64,000 bases of DNA from Dehalococcoidia bacterium (GCA_963662435.1 OY759598.1:3628507-3692506); one strand, 5' to 3'. Positions 48,493 to 58,556 are shown, numbered from the stretch's first letter. The notes: generated from the letters alone by a model not told the origin. Numbers and translations: made by a program.

Positions 48493-49356
48493 ATGGCGAT
48501 AATCAATTTTCTTAAGAACTACGAGCGAATGGCCCGGTTCAAGTGGGGCAATTTCCAGGGCATGAGGGGGCCTGGACCCGTGTGGCTCGTCCCCATCATG
48601 CACTCGGGATCGCGCGTTGACCTCCGCACGGAGGTTATCGACATCCCCCGGCAGCGGAACATCACGAAGGACAACGCGCCGATAGACATCGACTTTCTCG
48701 TTTACATGCGCGTGGTGGCCGAGTACTCCGACAGGGCCGTCCTCGAGGTAGAAAACTACACGGCTGCCGTCATCGGCCTTGCCACGACGACCCTGCGTGC
48801 CGTCGTCGGAGATATCGACCTCGATGACGTGCTCTCCCAGCGCGAGAGAATCAACACCATCCTCCGCGAGAGGCTGGACTCCGAGACCGAACGCTGGGGG
48901 ATCAAGGTCACGAATGTCGAAATCCGGGAGATCGAGCCGCCTCGCGACATTCAGGACGCCATGAACCGCCAGATGTCAGCCGAACGTATCCGCCGCGCCG
49001 TCGTCCGGGAGGCGGAGGGCACACGCGAGGCGGCTGTCACCGTTGCCGAAGGCGAGAAACAGGCGGCCATCCTGACCGCCGAGGGCCAGCGACAAGCCGA
49101 GATTCTCAAGGCGGAGGGCGACCAGCAGGCGGCAATTCTCAGGGCCGACGGCTTCGCAAACGCCCTTGACCGCATCTACGGCGTCGCCCAAAACATCGAC
49201 CAGAATACCATGAGCCTCCAGTACTTCGAGACCCTCAAGGATATTGGGAACGGCGCTTCGACGAAGTTCATCTTCCCGATGGAGTTCACCAACCTCCTCA
49301 AGCCCTTCACCGACATCACCCAGGGCGGAAAGGGCAACAGCGGCGCCGGAGACTAG
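48493..49356 (+). CDS. SPFH/stomatin-like (QmcA-type) protein lacking an N-terminal TM segment
   Basis: ITKDNA, TTLRAVVG, WGIKVTNVEI, QMSAER..AEG; in-frame TAG at 48481 rules out an upstream extension. Confidence 0.9.
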   Translation: MAIINFLKNYERMARFKWGNFQGMRGPGPVWLVPIMHSGSRVDLRTEVIDIPRQRNITKDNAPIDIDFLVYMRVVAEYSDRAVLEVENYTAAVIGLATTTLRAVVGDIDLDDVLSQRERINTILRERLDSETERWGIKVTNVEIREIEPPRDIQDAMNRQMSAERIRRAVVREAEGTREAAVTVAEGEKQAAILTAEGQRQAEILKAEGDQQAAILRADGFANALDRIYGVAQNIDQNTMSLQYFETLKDIGNGASTKFIFPMEFTNLLKPFTDITQGGKGNSGAGD

Positions 49357-49363
49357 AACCCAA

Positions 49364-49593
49364 CGGCCAACCTCCCGTAGGGGCGATTCACGAATCGCCC
49401 CTACAGCCATTTTCATGATTGGTGGTGTCGGAGACAACCGACATGGGCGATTGCTACGAAAATAGATATGGCAAGTACGTTCGCCCTGAGCTTGTCGAAG
49501 GGCAGAATTGAGTCCTCCACGGTTCGAGTCCCGTTTTCATCCCCTCATATGGCCTTCGTAAGGCCATGGTGATTCCCGCGAAGGTGGGAATCC
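49364..49593. repeat. Cluster of several REP-like families
   Basis: GTAGGGGCGATTCACGAATCGCCCCTAC; CGTTCGCCCTGAGCTTGTCGAAGGG; GATTCCCGCGAAGGTGGGAATCC. Confidence 0.75.
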
Positions 49594-49809
49594 AACCTCC
49601 GTCATTTCTCGCTTCCACATCACAGCCCCTTCGTGATGTTGACGGCATTTCGCCTCGCGTGCTAGGCTTCCGCACCACCTGAGCAGGCACTGCAGGTCCT
49701 GCGGCCGATCTAATGTTGAAGCAGCCGGATGATACGTTACAGAGGTACGCTGCACAGCCGGGCCAACCTCCGTTCGGATTGTCCAAACTAACGTAAAAGG
49801 AGTGTCACA

Positions 49810-50103
49810 ATGAAGGGCTACGTTGTCATGGACGCTGAAATCATCGACACCGAGGCATACTCTGAATTCGCCGCGAATGTTCCCGCAGCCATAGCTGCCC
49901 ACGGCGGACGACTACTCGTGCGCAGCAGCGACATAGAGGCAATCCAGGGCGACTGGCTGCCGAAGCGCATAGTCATTCTGGAATTCGACAGCCTCGATGC
50001 GGCAAAGGGCTACATCGGCTCCGCGGAATACGCGGCCCTCGACGATGTCCGCCGGCGGGCGACGAAGGCCGATATTGTGGTCGTAGGGGGACTGGAAGCC
50101 TAG
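49810..50103 (+). CDS. DUF1330 domain protein
   Basis: AHGGRLLVR..GDW...RIVILEFDSLDAA...SAEY. Confidence 0.88.
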   Translation: MKGYVVMDAEIIDTEAYSEFAANVPAAIAAHGGRLLVRSSDIEAIQGDWLPKRIVILEFDSLDAAKGYIGSAEYAALDDVRRRATKADIVVVGGLEA

Positions 50104-50322
50104 GTGTGAGATCGGGTCCGTTCAATCGGTCGCAAGTGACTGATGCGATGGGCCCATCGTCGAACATACCCAATACCCGGGCCGGCTGGTTCGAGTGAGC
50201 GGAGACATCCGCCGTTACACCCTGCGATGAGATGAACGGCGCTTCCGATGTCGGCGCTCGTTGTCATTCGCCGACGATTGAGAAAATGGCGCTGCTCATC
50301 AGTCGACACCTCATCGCGTACA

Positions 50323-50380
50323 TCTCTGTCGTGGGAGAGAACCTGCCCCGTACTTAATGCGGGGCTTAGGGCGAGGGTGA
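50323..50380. repeat. REP-like element interrupted by an inverted 25-bp hairpin (50340-50364)
   Basis: TCTCTGTCGTGGGAGAG [AACCTGCCCCGTACTTAATGCGGGG] CTTAGGGCGAGGGTGA. Confidence 0.65.
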
Positions 50381-50385
50381 GGACC

Positions 50386-52296
50386 CTACAACCACTCCTT
50401 GACCTTCGACGCCAGCGTGAGCGTCATCCCCGGCGCCGCCGCCACATCCTCTAGGGTCGCTTCACGCACGCCCTGCACGGAGCCGAATTGCCTGATGAGC
50501 ATCTGCCGCCTCTTCGGTCCGATGCCCGGCACGTGATCGAGCGCCGACGTGGTGCTCCTCTTCGAGCGCCGCTGCCGGTGATACGTGATCGCGAACCGGT
50601 GTGCCTCGTCACGCAATCGCTGCACGAGAAATAGAGCAGGGGACGTTCGCGGCAGGACAATCGGCTCCTGCGTCTCGGGGACGAAGAGCTCCTCGTTCTC
50701 CTTTGCCAGGCTCGCGAGGGGAATCGAAGTGATTCCCAGTTCGAGGAAGACCTGCAGCGCCGCGCCCAGATGTCCCTTGCCGCCGTCAATCAGGACGAGA
50801 TCGGGTGCTTGCTGCCAGGCCTGCCCTTTTGAACCGTTGCCGTCGTCCTCTTCGACTTCCGCGACCCGTGACTTCGGATCCGCCAGCCGCCGGAAGCGCC
50901 GTGTGAGCATCTCTCGCATCATCGAGTAGTCGTCGACGCCGTCCACCGACTTGATCTGGAACTTGCGATAGTCGGACGACTTCGGCTTGCCTTCCTCGAA
51001 GACCACCATGCTGCCAACGGGGTTGGACCCCTGTGTGTTGGAAATGTCGTAGCACTCCATGCGTCGAGGCAGGGCGGGCAGGTTGAGCGCTTCCTGGAGT
51101 TCCTCCATCGCCCGACCCAGCGCCCCTTCTTCCGCAGCGGCCTGCACACGGCGCTGCTCCATCCCCTCCGAGGCGTTCTCCGCAACCATCCGCATCAGGC
51201 GACGCTTCTCTCCCCGCTGGGGCACGTAGATTCGGACATTGCTGCGCCGCTTTTCGCCAAGCCACGCCTCAATCGCTTCCGCGTCTACCAACTCCTCCTG
51301 CACGAGTATGCGCGGCGGCACATAGGGGTTGACCTCGTAGAACTGCTTCACGAACGCGCTGAGAATCTCGCCCGGCGTATCGTCCTTCGTGCTCGTCATA
51401 ATGAAGTGGTCGCGTCCCACCAGCTTGCCCTGCCTGACGAAAAAGACCTCCATCCAAGCCTCGTCGCTATCGGCTTCCATCGCTACCAGGTCGAGCGTCT
51501 CTGAAGACAAATGGAGCACCTTCTGCCCCTCGTGGACCTTCTCGATGGCTTGAATCTGGTCTCGCAGCGTTGCAGCTCTCTCGAAGGCGAGTTCTTCGGA
51601 CGCCTCAATCATCCGTGTCTCAAGCGACTTCAGAATCCGGTCGGCCTTGCCGTCGAGGAACAGGAAGACCTGGTCGATGACCTCCCTGTACTGCCCTTCG
51701 TCGACCGCGCCGATGCAGGGGCCGACACAACGATTGATGTAGAAGTCGAGGCACGGGCGCGGGTCGTTGCCCGTAATCGTCTTGGTGCAGGAGCGGTATG
51801 GGAAGAGTTTCTTGAGTAGGGCGAGCGTCCGGCGGACGCTGCTGGCGCTCGCGAACGGACCGAAATAGCGGGAGCCGTCCCGCTTGACCGTCCGCGTGAT
51901 GTAGACCTGTGGGAAGTCCTCCGTCAGATCGACCTTGATGAACGGGTAGCTCTTGTCGTCCTTGAGGCGAGCGTTATAGGGCGGCTTGTTCTGCTTGATG
52001 AGATTGCATTCAAGGAGAAGGGCCTCCTGCTCCGACTCCGCCACGATGTACTCAAAATCCGCGACGCGCCTGACCATCTGCCTAATCTTCCCGGGGAGGT
52101 TCGCACTCTTTGCGAAGTATGAGCGGAGCCTGTTTCGCAGCTTGGCTGCCTTGCCCACGTATAGGACGGCGCCGGTACGGCTGCGCAGGATGTAGACGCC
52201 GGGCTTTGCGGGTACTGCTCGCAGACGGTCGGAAAAATCGGTTGGCATCGCTGCCGAGGAAGATCGTCTCATGTCCGTACCGACCCGGTTCGTCAT
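50386..52296 (-). CDS. uvrC: Excinuclease ABC subunit C (start uncertain)
   Basis: GIY-YIG (PGVY..YVGKA), ECYDISN, LIDGGKGHL, RDEAHRFA, HhH. Confidence 0.97.
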   Translation of the reverse strand: MTNRVGTDMRRSSSAAMPTDFSDRLRAVPAKPGVYILRSRTGAVLYVGKAAKLRNRLRSYFAKSANLPGKIRQMVRRVADFEYIVAESEQEALLLECNLIKQNKPPYNARLKDDKSYPFIKVDLTEDFPQVYITRTVKRDGSRYFGPFASASSVRRTLALLKKLFPYRSCTKTITGNDPRPCLDFYINRCVGPCIGAVDEGQYREVIDQVFLFLDGKADRILKSLETRMIEASEELAFERAATLRDQIQAIEKVHEGQKVLHLSSETLDLVAMEADSDEAWMEVFFVRQGKLVGRDHFIMTSTKDDTPGEILSAFVKQFYEVNPYVPPRILVQEELVDAEAIEAWLGEKRRSNVRIYVPQRGEKRRLMRMVAENASEGMEQRRVQAAAEEGALGRAMEELQEALNLPALPRRMECYDISNTQGSNPVGSMVVFEEGKPKSSDYRKFQIKSVDGVDDYSMMREMLTRRFRRLADPKSRVAEVEEDDGNGSKGQAWQQAPDLVLIDGGKGHLGAALQVFLELGITSIPLASLAKENEELFVPETQEPIVLPRTSPALFLVQRLRDEAHRFAITYHRQRRSKRSTTSALDHVPGIGPKRRQMLIRQFGSVQGVREATLEDVAAAPGMTLTLASKVKEWL

Positions 52297-52404
52297 CGTC
52301 TAACCCGTTTCAATGCGGCAGACTGGACATCGAGCAGGACGACCGGCCAACTGCGAATGTGCTGCGGGGATGTCCTGCAGTCCAGATTAGGTGAGATGGG
52401 TTCT

Positions 52405-52767
52405 CTAGATCGAACCGCCGAGGGTAACGGTCGCGACCGCAAGGATGGCAACAATGACCCCGGTTACAATTCCGATTTGCCGGAGCTCTTTGGGGAGGAA
52501 GCGAGATGCCGGTGTTCCCTGGTCCTCAACCTGCTGCTTGGACCGGCGTCTTCGTGTGGGAGCATCGGCAGTACCGGCGACGGGGGCGGCAGCCGTAGCA
52601 GTCGCCATTGCAGCCGACGGAGCGGTCTCCCCATCCTCGCCCAGGTTCATCTTCGAAATCTCCGGGCCCACCTCGAACTGCTGCGTTGAAGACCGGCGCG
52701 GCCCTCGCCTCTTGCGATTCCGCATCTGGTTCTGACGTTTGGCAACCTTCTGGCCCTTGCTCGGCAT
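52405..52767 (-). CDS. Hypothetical basic protein with C-terminal TM anchor
   Basis: GGAGG RBS; Arg/Lys-rich N-terminus; hydrophobic tail; lies between xerD and uvrC. Confidence 0.6.
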   Translation of the reverse strand: MPSKGQKVAKRQNQMRNRKRRGPRRSSTQQFEVGPEISKMNLGEDGETAPSAAMATATAAAPVAGTADAPTRRRRSKQQVEDQGTPASRFLPKELRQIGIVTGVIVAILAVATVTLGGSI

Positions 52768-52853
52768 CGTCTCCCTCCAGCGCTGCTAGTCGTATTGCAT
52801 GTCGACGAAGGCTATTGTCCTACGGAACGCGGCTGTTCGGCAAGTCCTGTCTG

Positions 52854-53756
52854 TCAGGCTCGCGGATGTGCGCTCTCGTACTGCGCCCGGACGTGCTCAC
52901 TCGTCAGATGGGTATATACCTGTGTCGTCGTTATGCTCGCGTGGCCAAGCAGCTCCTGAACGTGCCGCAGCTGCGCGCCCCCAACGAGCAGATGGGTCGC
53001 GAAACTGTGCCGCAACGTGTGGGGAGTAATATTCCGGTCGATCCCTGCCGCCTGTGCCCGCCCCTTGAGTATGAGCCAAAAGCCCTGGCGCGTGAGTCTT
53101 CCGCCCTTCCTGCTCACGAACAACGCTCTGCGGGCCTGAGGACCGGCCATGGATGGCCTTCCCCCCTGCAAGTACTCTCTCACCGCGCCAACCGCCGCGT
53201 CGTGAATCGGAATGATTCGCTCTTTCGAACCCTTCCCCATGCAGCGGACGAAGTTCTCTTCCAGGTCGATGTCTTCAATGTCCAACGACGCCAGTTCACT
53301 GACTCGAACTCCCGTCGCGTACATTACCTCGACAATCGCCCGGTCCCGCAGGGCCATCGGGGTATCGTCCCCGTTAATCGACAGGAGCGCGTCGACCTCG
53401 TCGATGGACAACGTTTCGGGCAGCGACTCTCCAACCCCTGGCGACGTGAAGTCCTCCATGGGATTCTTGTCAATGACGCCCTCTTCCAACAGGAATCCAA
53501 AAAGCGCCTTGGTCGAAGCAACCTTTCGGGTCTTTGTCTTGTCGGTGTATCCGCGCTCGTGCAGATCGAGTACGAAGGCTGAGAGAGCGTCCACGTCGAT
53601 CCTCTGCCACGAGCCTTCCCCCTGCAATGAGGGGTCCCGGGTCTGCAGGAACTCCACAAACTGCGTCAGATCGTTTCGGTAGGCTGCCAGTGTGTTGGGT
53701 GACAGACCACGTTCAACGGTGTTGTAGTTGAGGAACTGTTCGACGGCATGATTCAT
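52854..53756 (-). CDS. xerD: Site-specific tyrosine recombinase XerD
   Basis: ERGLSPNTLAAYRNDL, YATGVRVSEL, GKGSKERIIP, TPHTLRHSFATH, LGHASITTTQVY. Confidence 0.92.
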   Translation of the reverse strand: MNHAVEQFLNYNTVERGLSPNTLAAYRNDLTQFVEFLQTRDPSLQGEGSWQRIDVDALSAFVLDLHERGYTDKTKTRKVASTKALFGFLLEEGVIDKNPMEDFTSPGVGESLPETLSIDEVDALLSINGDDTPMALRDRAIVEVMYATGVRVSELASLDIEDIDLEENFVRCMGKGSKERIIPIHDAAVGAVREYLQGGRPSMAGPQARRALFVSRKGGRLTRQGFWLILKGRAQAAGIDRNITPHTLRHSFATHLLVGGAQLRHVQELLGHASITTTQVYTHLTSEHVRAQYESAHPRA

Positions 53757-53841
53757 GGTGCAAGGGCCGAGAGGAGAATTCGTTGAGCGTCGCCTATTAT
53801 TGTAACATGCGTCTCGGCGCCCCCATCGCACCCCCGTATAC

Positions 53842-53870
53842 TTGACACGCGGGCTTTCCCTTCATACAGT
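53842..53870 (+). promoter_or_regulatory. sigma70 promoter of lgt
   Basis: TTGACA-N17-TACAGT. Confidence 0.6.
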
Positions 53871-53900
53871 AGTTCAGTCCAGTTTCCGACAAAATAACGC

Positions 53901-54776
53901 ATGATAACCATCGACATTCACCCCAACCTCTTCACCGGCGCCTTCGTCGGCGCCTTCGTTGTAAGCTGGCACGGATTCCTCACTTTCATCGCGGTCACGG
54001 TCGCCGTTATCCTCGTCGGCAGGTGGGCCACGATGAAAGGCATCGAGTCCGACGCGATCTACTCCATCGCCATCTGGGCGATCATCGGCGGAATCGTCGG
54101 CGCGCGCCTCGTGCACGTCATCGACAACTGGGACATCTACCAGGACGACCCCGGCCAGATTCTCGCCGTCTGGAGCGGCGGCATTGGACTTTGGGGAGGC
54201 ATCCTAGGGGGATTCATCGGAGGGGCGGCATACGCATACTTCGCAAAGCACCCCGTCGGAGTAATTGCCGATCTCACCGCACCCGTCCTGCCGTTCGCGC
54301 AGTCCATCGGGCGCATAGGCGACATCATCAATGGTGAGCACTGCGCCAAGCCGCTTGAGCTGTTCTTCGGGATGCGCTGGATCAATCCTGCAAGCCCGGC
54401 CGCACAGTGCGCAAACGGCGGCCCCCTCACCATGGACTACGTCCATCCCGTCATCGTCTACGAGATCCTCTGGAACACCGTGTGCATGGCCATTCTGTGG
54501 CTGCTACGGGACCGCATCAGGCCCGATGGAATGCTCTTCGCGCTCTACTTGGCGCTGTACGCCGTCGGACGCTTCGCCATCACGTTCTTCCGCGAAGACA
54601 AGGTGTGGGCCCTAGGGATGCAGGAAGCGCACTTCATCGCGCTGGTAGTTCTCATTATCACCGTCCCGCTGCTCTTGGTGCGCGCACGGTTCACCAGGAG
54701 AGTCGAGGCTGTCAGTGAAGAGATCGCCGAGCGTGTGAGGGGAACGCGAGCGGAACGCCGCCGAAAGTCCCGCTAG
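53901..54776 (+). CDS. lgt: Prolipoprotein diacylglyceryl transferase
   Basis: GARLVHV, AQSIGRIGDIINGE, HPVIVYE, YAVGRF. Confidence 0.92.
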   Translation: MITIDIHPNLFTGAFVGAFVVSWHGFLTFIAVTVAVILVGRWATMKGIESDAIYSIAIWAIIGGIVGARLVHVIDNWDIYQDDPGQILAVWSGGIGLWGGILGGFIGGAAYAYFAKHPVGVIADLTAPVLPFAQSIGRIGDIINGEHCAKPLELFFGMRWINPASPAAQCANGGPLTMDYVHPVIVYEILWNTVCMAILWLLRDRIRPDGMLFALYLALYAVGRFAITFFREDKVWALGMQEAHFIALVVLIITVPLLLVRARFTRRVEAVSEEIAERVRGTRAERRRKSR

Positions 54777-54795
54777 ATAGCTCCGGGTCCCTCCC

Positions 54796-56487
54796 CTAAT
54801 GCCCCGTCGATTGGCGGAAGTCCAGCACGTTTAGCTGGTAGCTCGTCTGTCCGTTCCAGGTGTTGAGTCCGAACGTGTAGACCACGTCGATCGTGTCTCC
54901 CGGTCCCACGCGCTTGTCGCCCTGCTTGAAGGCGATTGCGTCCCAGGTCTTCCCGCCATGGGACAGCTGCAGTTTCAGGTGGTCTCGTGTTGCCCCTACG
55001 CGGATGGCCCGGAGCACACGAGTTTCCCGCATCAAGAGTGTTGGTGGAGGGTTTTCCTTGCCGAACGGGCCGACCCGCTGCATGAAGTCGAACCGTTCTC
55101 CCGGAAGCAACGAAGGCGACGCCACAACGTCGATCTCAATCGTGGGAACGAGCATCGTGTCTTTCAGCCGGTCCGACGCTACGGCAACAAGCTCTTCCTG
55201 CAGGCGGGGCAGGTCGCCGGTGGAGACGGTGAATCCCGCTGCCTCCGGATGCCCCCCGTGCCTGTGAAAATTTGGGCTGGTCGAGCGGATCGCGTCGATG
55301 ATGTCGAACTCCGGTATGCTCCTTGCACTCGCCCGCGATTCAACTTCACCCCGCCGCACCACCACGGCCGGCCGGTAGAACTGTTCCGAGAGGTTGCTTG
55401 CGATCAGACCGAGGATCCCAGGCAGCCACCCCTCGCTCTCCACGAATAGCAGTGGCGGAAGTCTTGTTCCTCCGGAGGAGTAGACCTGCCTCCTGGCCTC
55501 TTCGATGCTGGTCGCAGCCAGCGCCTTTCGCTCCTCATTTACTTCCTCCAGCGTGCCGGCGATGGTCTGCGCCACTCGCGCGTCGCTGGTGGTCAGAAGG
55601 TCGAGGCTGACTTTAGCGTCACCCAGCCTCCCTGCAGCGTTCAGGCGTGGAATCACCGCAAAAGACAGCGACTCCGAGTCCAGTTCACGACGGTTTGCTC
55701 CACTTAGCATGAGCAGTGCCTGAATGCCGGGATGGCTGGTCGACTTCATCAGTTCCAACCCTCGCTTGACGATGAACCGGTTCTCCCCGGAGAGGGGAGC
55801 AACGTCGGCAACCGTACCAAGGGCCGCGAGCTCCAGGAAGTGCTCTGGAGCTTCCCTTCCAAGCGACATCCACAGGCCCTCGATCAGCTTGTACGCGAGT
55901 CCCGCCCCGGTGAGGTGCTCGTAGGGGTAGACTGAGTCGCCCCGGCGGGGATTGACGATCGCCGTTGCCTGGGGCGGATCATCCGGCAGGGCGTGGTGGT
56001 CCGTGATGATCGTCTCGATGCCGCGTCGCAGAGCGTGGGCAATTTCCGACCGGGAACCTATGCCGTTGTCGACCGTGACGAGCAGGGTAACTCCCTGCTC
56101 GGCAAGCGAGTCGATTGCCTGGATGTTCAGCCCGTGCCCCTCATCCACACGATGTGGCAGGTACGGCACCACCTTCAGCCCCAGGCTCTCCAACGCGGAG
56201 ACGACGATCGCCGTACCGGATACGCCGTCGGTATCGAAATCTCCGAATACGCCGACCGTGTCGTCCCAGAGGATCGCCGTCCGAAGGCGTGAGGCTGCCT
56301 TGTCCATGTCCGGGAGGAGGAACGGATCGTGCGCGAGTTCGTCCCCGGCCTCGAGGAACGTCGAGGCCTCGTCCGCAGTGCCGATTCCACGGTTGTACAG
56401 CAGTTGCGCGTCGAACGGATGAAAGCCGATGGAGTCGGCGTACCCGTCAGGCGGCGCTGGAAGAACTTTCCAGACCTTGTCGAGCAT
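54796..56487 (-). CDS. recJ: Single-stranded-DNA-specific exonuclease RecJ
   Basis: GDFDTDG, TVDNG, ITDHH, LGTVADV, PRLNAAGRL, GGHPEAAG. Confidence 0.96.
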   Translation of the reverse strand: MLDKVWKVLPAPPDGYADSIGFHPFDAQLLYNRGIGTADEASTFLEAGDELAHDPFLLPDMDKAASRLRTAILWDDTVGVFGDFDTDGVSGTAIVVSALESLGLKVVPYLPHRVDEGHGLNIQAIDSLAEQGVTLLVTVDNGIGSRSEIAHALRRGIETIITDHHALPDDPPQATAIVNPRRGDSVYPYEHLTGAGLAYKLIEGLWMSLGREAPEHFLELAALGTVADVAPLSGENRFIVKRGLELMKSTSHPGIQALLMLSGANRRELDSESLSFAVIPRLNAAGRLGDAKVSLDLLTTSDARVAQTIAGTLEEVNEERKALAATSIEEARRQVYSSGGTRLPPLLFVESEGWLPGILGLIASNLSEQFYRPAVVVRRGEVESRASARSIPEFDIIDAIRSTSPNFHRHGGHPEAAGFTVSTGDLPRLQEELVAVASDRLKDTMLVPTIEIDVVASPSLLPGERFDFMQRVGPFGKENPPPTLLMRETRVLRAIRVGATRDHLKLQLSHGGKTWDAIAFKQGDKRVGPGDTIDVVYTFGLNTWNGQTSYQLNVLDFRQSTGH

Positions 56488-56535
56488 AGATAACGCTTTG
56501 TTGTTGCGGAGAACGTCGCTGCGTGGGCTGCGTAG

Positions 56536-57777
56536 CTATCCGTTGAATTCTTTGAAAATGAGGCTGACGTTATGTCCGCCAAAGCCGAACGAGTTGCTCA
56601 TGGCGGTTCGAATCCGTCCCCGACGCGCGACGTGAGGGATGTAGTCCAGGTCGCAGTCGGCGTCCGGCTCCTCTAGGTTGATGGTCGGCGGCGCTGCCGA
56701 ATTTGAGATCGCGAGCGCTGCTACCGCGGCTTCAAGCGCGCCGCTTGCACCGAGCAGGTGGCCTGTCATCGACTTTGTTGAGCTGATGGGAATCTTGTAC
56801 GCCTCGTCGCCGAATACCCTCTTCATCGCCAGCGTCTCACTTTTGTCGTTCAGGGGCGTCGACGTGCCGTGCGCGTTGATGTAATCTATGTCTTCGGGTG
56901 ACATTCCCGCGTCCGCGAGCGCCATATCCATCGCCCTCGCTGCCCCCTCGCCTTCAGGATGAGGCTGCGTGATGTGGTGAGCGTCGGAGGTCGATCCGTA
57001 TCCGGCCATCTCGACAATGGGCTCGACGCCACGTTCCCGGGCGTTCTGCAAGGTCTCAATCACCAGTATGCCCGCGCCCTCTCCCAGCACGAAACCGTCC
57101 CGCTGGGCATCGAACGGACGAGACGCCTTCTGCGGATCGTCGTTACGGCGTGAGAGCGCCTTCACCGAATTGAATCCGGCCACTCCTATGGGGCATATCG
57201 CCGCCTCGGTGCCCCCGGCGACGACTGCGTCCGCCACGCCCATGCGTAACAACGACTGCGCCTGGCCGATGGCGTCACCGCCGCTGGCGCACGCCGAAAC
57301 GGTGGAGAAGTTGGGTCCCCTCGCTCCAATCGCCATGGAGACCTGGCCTGACGCCATGTCGGGCAGCATCATCGGTACGAGGAACGGGCTGACCCGCTTG
57401 GGGCCTCTCGCTCCCATTACGCCAATCTGCTCCGACAGGGTGATGATCCCCCCGATGCCACTTGCGACCATCACGGAGACCCGCTCGCCGTCGCCGTTCA
57501 GGTCCGTGAACTGCGCATGCTCGATAGCCTCGCCCGCCGCCGCGACCGCCAGCTGTGAGAAGCGGTCCATCCTCCGGGAGTCCTTCCGGCTCATGTAGTC
57601 GGTCGGCTCGAAGTCCTTGACTTCGCCCGCGATAGTCGTCTCAAGGTCCTCGGGGTTGAAGGCAGCAATGTGGTCGATGCCCGATACCCCGGCCAGTAGG
57701 TTCTTCCAAGTACTGTCCCTCGACAGTCCTACCGGACTGACGACTCCAATACCTGTAACGACGATCCGCGAGGTCAT
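56536..57777 (-). CDS. fabF: Beta-ketoacyl-ACP synthase II
   Basis: SACASG, NAHGTST, KSMTGHLLGA, SNSFGFGGHN. Confidence 0.96.
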   Translation of the reverse strand: MTSRIVVTGIGVVSPVGLSRDSTWKNLLAGVSGIDHIAAFNPEDLETTIAGEVKDFEPTDYMSRKDSRRMDRFSQLAVAAAGEAIEHAQFTDLNGDGERVSVMVASGIGGIITLSEQIGVMGARGPKRVSPFLVPMMLPDMASGQVSMAIGARGPNFSTVSACASGGDAIGQAQSLLRMGVADAVVAGGTEAAICPIGVAGFNSVKALSRRNDDPQKASRPFDAQRDGFVLGEGAGILVIETLQNARERGVEPIVEMAGYGSTSDAHHITQPHPEGEGAARAMDMALADAGMSPEDIDYINAHGTSTPLNDKSETLAMKRVFGDEAYKIPISSTKSMTGHLLGASGALEAAVAALAISNSAAPPTINLEEPDADCDLDYIPHVARRGRIRTAMSNSFGFGGHNVSLIFKEFNG

Positions 57778-57893
57778 AAGTGGGTGTTCTCCCGCCGTAC
57801 GATCGAGTCTTCGAGCGACGCCCGGACTCCCAAGCGTTCAAATGACTATACCAGACGGTTCACCGAATGCAAAACTTGGGTGGGGACGTATAC

Positions 57894-58556
57894 TCAGCTA
57901 AGTTTACGGAGCAAGATAACTCTCGGACGGGGATTCTCAATCCGGTATCCCAACCACTGGCCAATCCACCGAAACGTTCGGCGCGTGTAAAACGCCACGT
58001 GCGTCGGATCACGGTGATAGTACCAGTCGCCGAAACCTTCACGGTCCTCCAAGACGTCCGTCATGATGCCCAGCCAACCGCCCGGCGCGAGCATGCGGTG
58101 CAACCGCGCGAAGTCGGCGCGCGGCGTGGAGAAGTGCTCAACCGTCTCGGTGCAGACGATGAAGTCGTAATTGTCATCGAGCACCGTTTCCTCGGGATGG
58201 AATAGAGGGTCGTACAGCGCAGCCAAGTACCCGTCCTCCTGTATCATCGCCGCCAGCGCCGGGCCAGGGCCCGCTCCGTAATCAAGCCCTCGCGCTCCTT
58301 CCGGCAGACTAGAACGAAGCTCGTCCCACAGGCGTGACAGGAACCGCCGGTAATCGGCGTTGTCGGGGTCGTTGTCGTGAGTCAAGTACCTCTGCCGGGC
58401 GGCCTCCTCGTCCACGTGGAATTCCGGGGGGACAAATACGAGATCGCAGTTTTTGCAGCTGAAATAGTCCCGCTCGAGGTTCTTCTGACGGCTCGTGTAG
58501 AACGGCGTCGCTCCCTCGCGGAGACACAATGGGCATGTCCGGCCGGACGGTTCCAT
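57894..58556 (-). CDS. Class I SAM-dependent methyltransferase with N-terminal CxxC..CxxC
   Basis: CPLC..CKNCDLVF, GLDYGAGPGP, TETVEHF, WYYHRDPTHV. Confidence 0.85.
   Translation of the reverse strand: MEPSGRTCPLCLREGATPFYTSRQKNLERDYFSCKNCDLVFVPPEFHVDEEAARQRYLTHDNDPDNADYRRFLSRLWDELRSSLPEGARGLDYGAGPGPALAAMIQEDGYLAALYDPLFHPEETVLDDNYDFIVCTETVEHFSTPRADFARLHRMLAPGGWLGIMTDVLEDREGFGDWYYHRDPTHVAFYTRRTFRWIGQWLGYRIENPRPRVILLRKLS

Noticed and set aside
52854..53756. Integron or phage integrase
   Set aside because: It looks like housekeeping XerD in a core context (uvrC, lgt, recJ); I saw no IntI-type insertion or cassette array.
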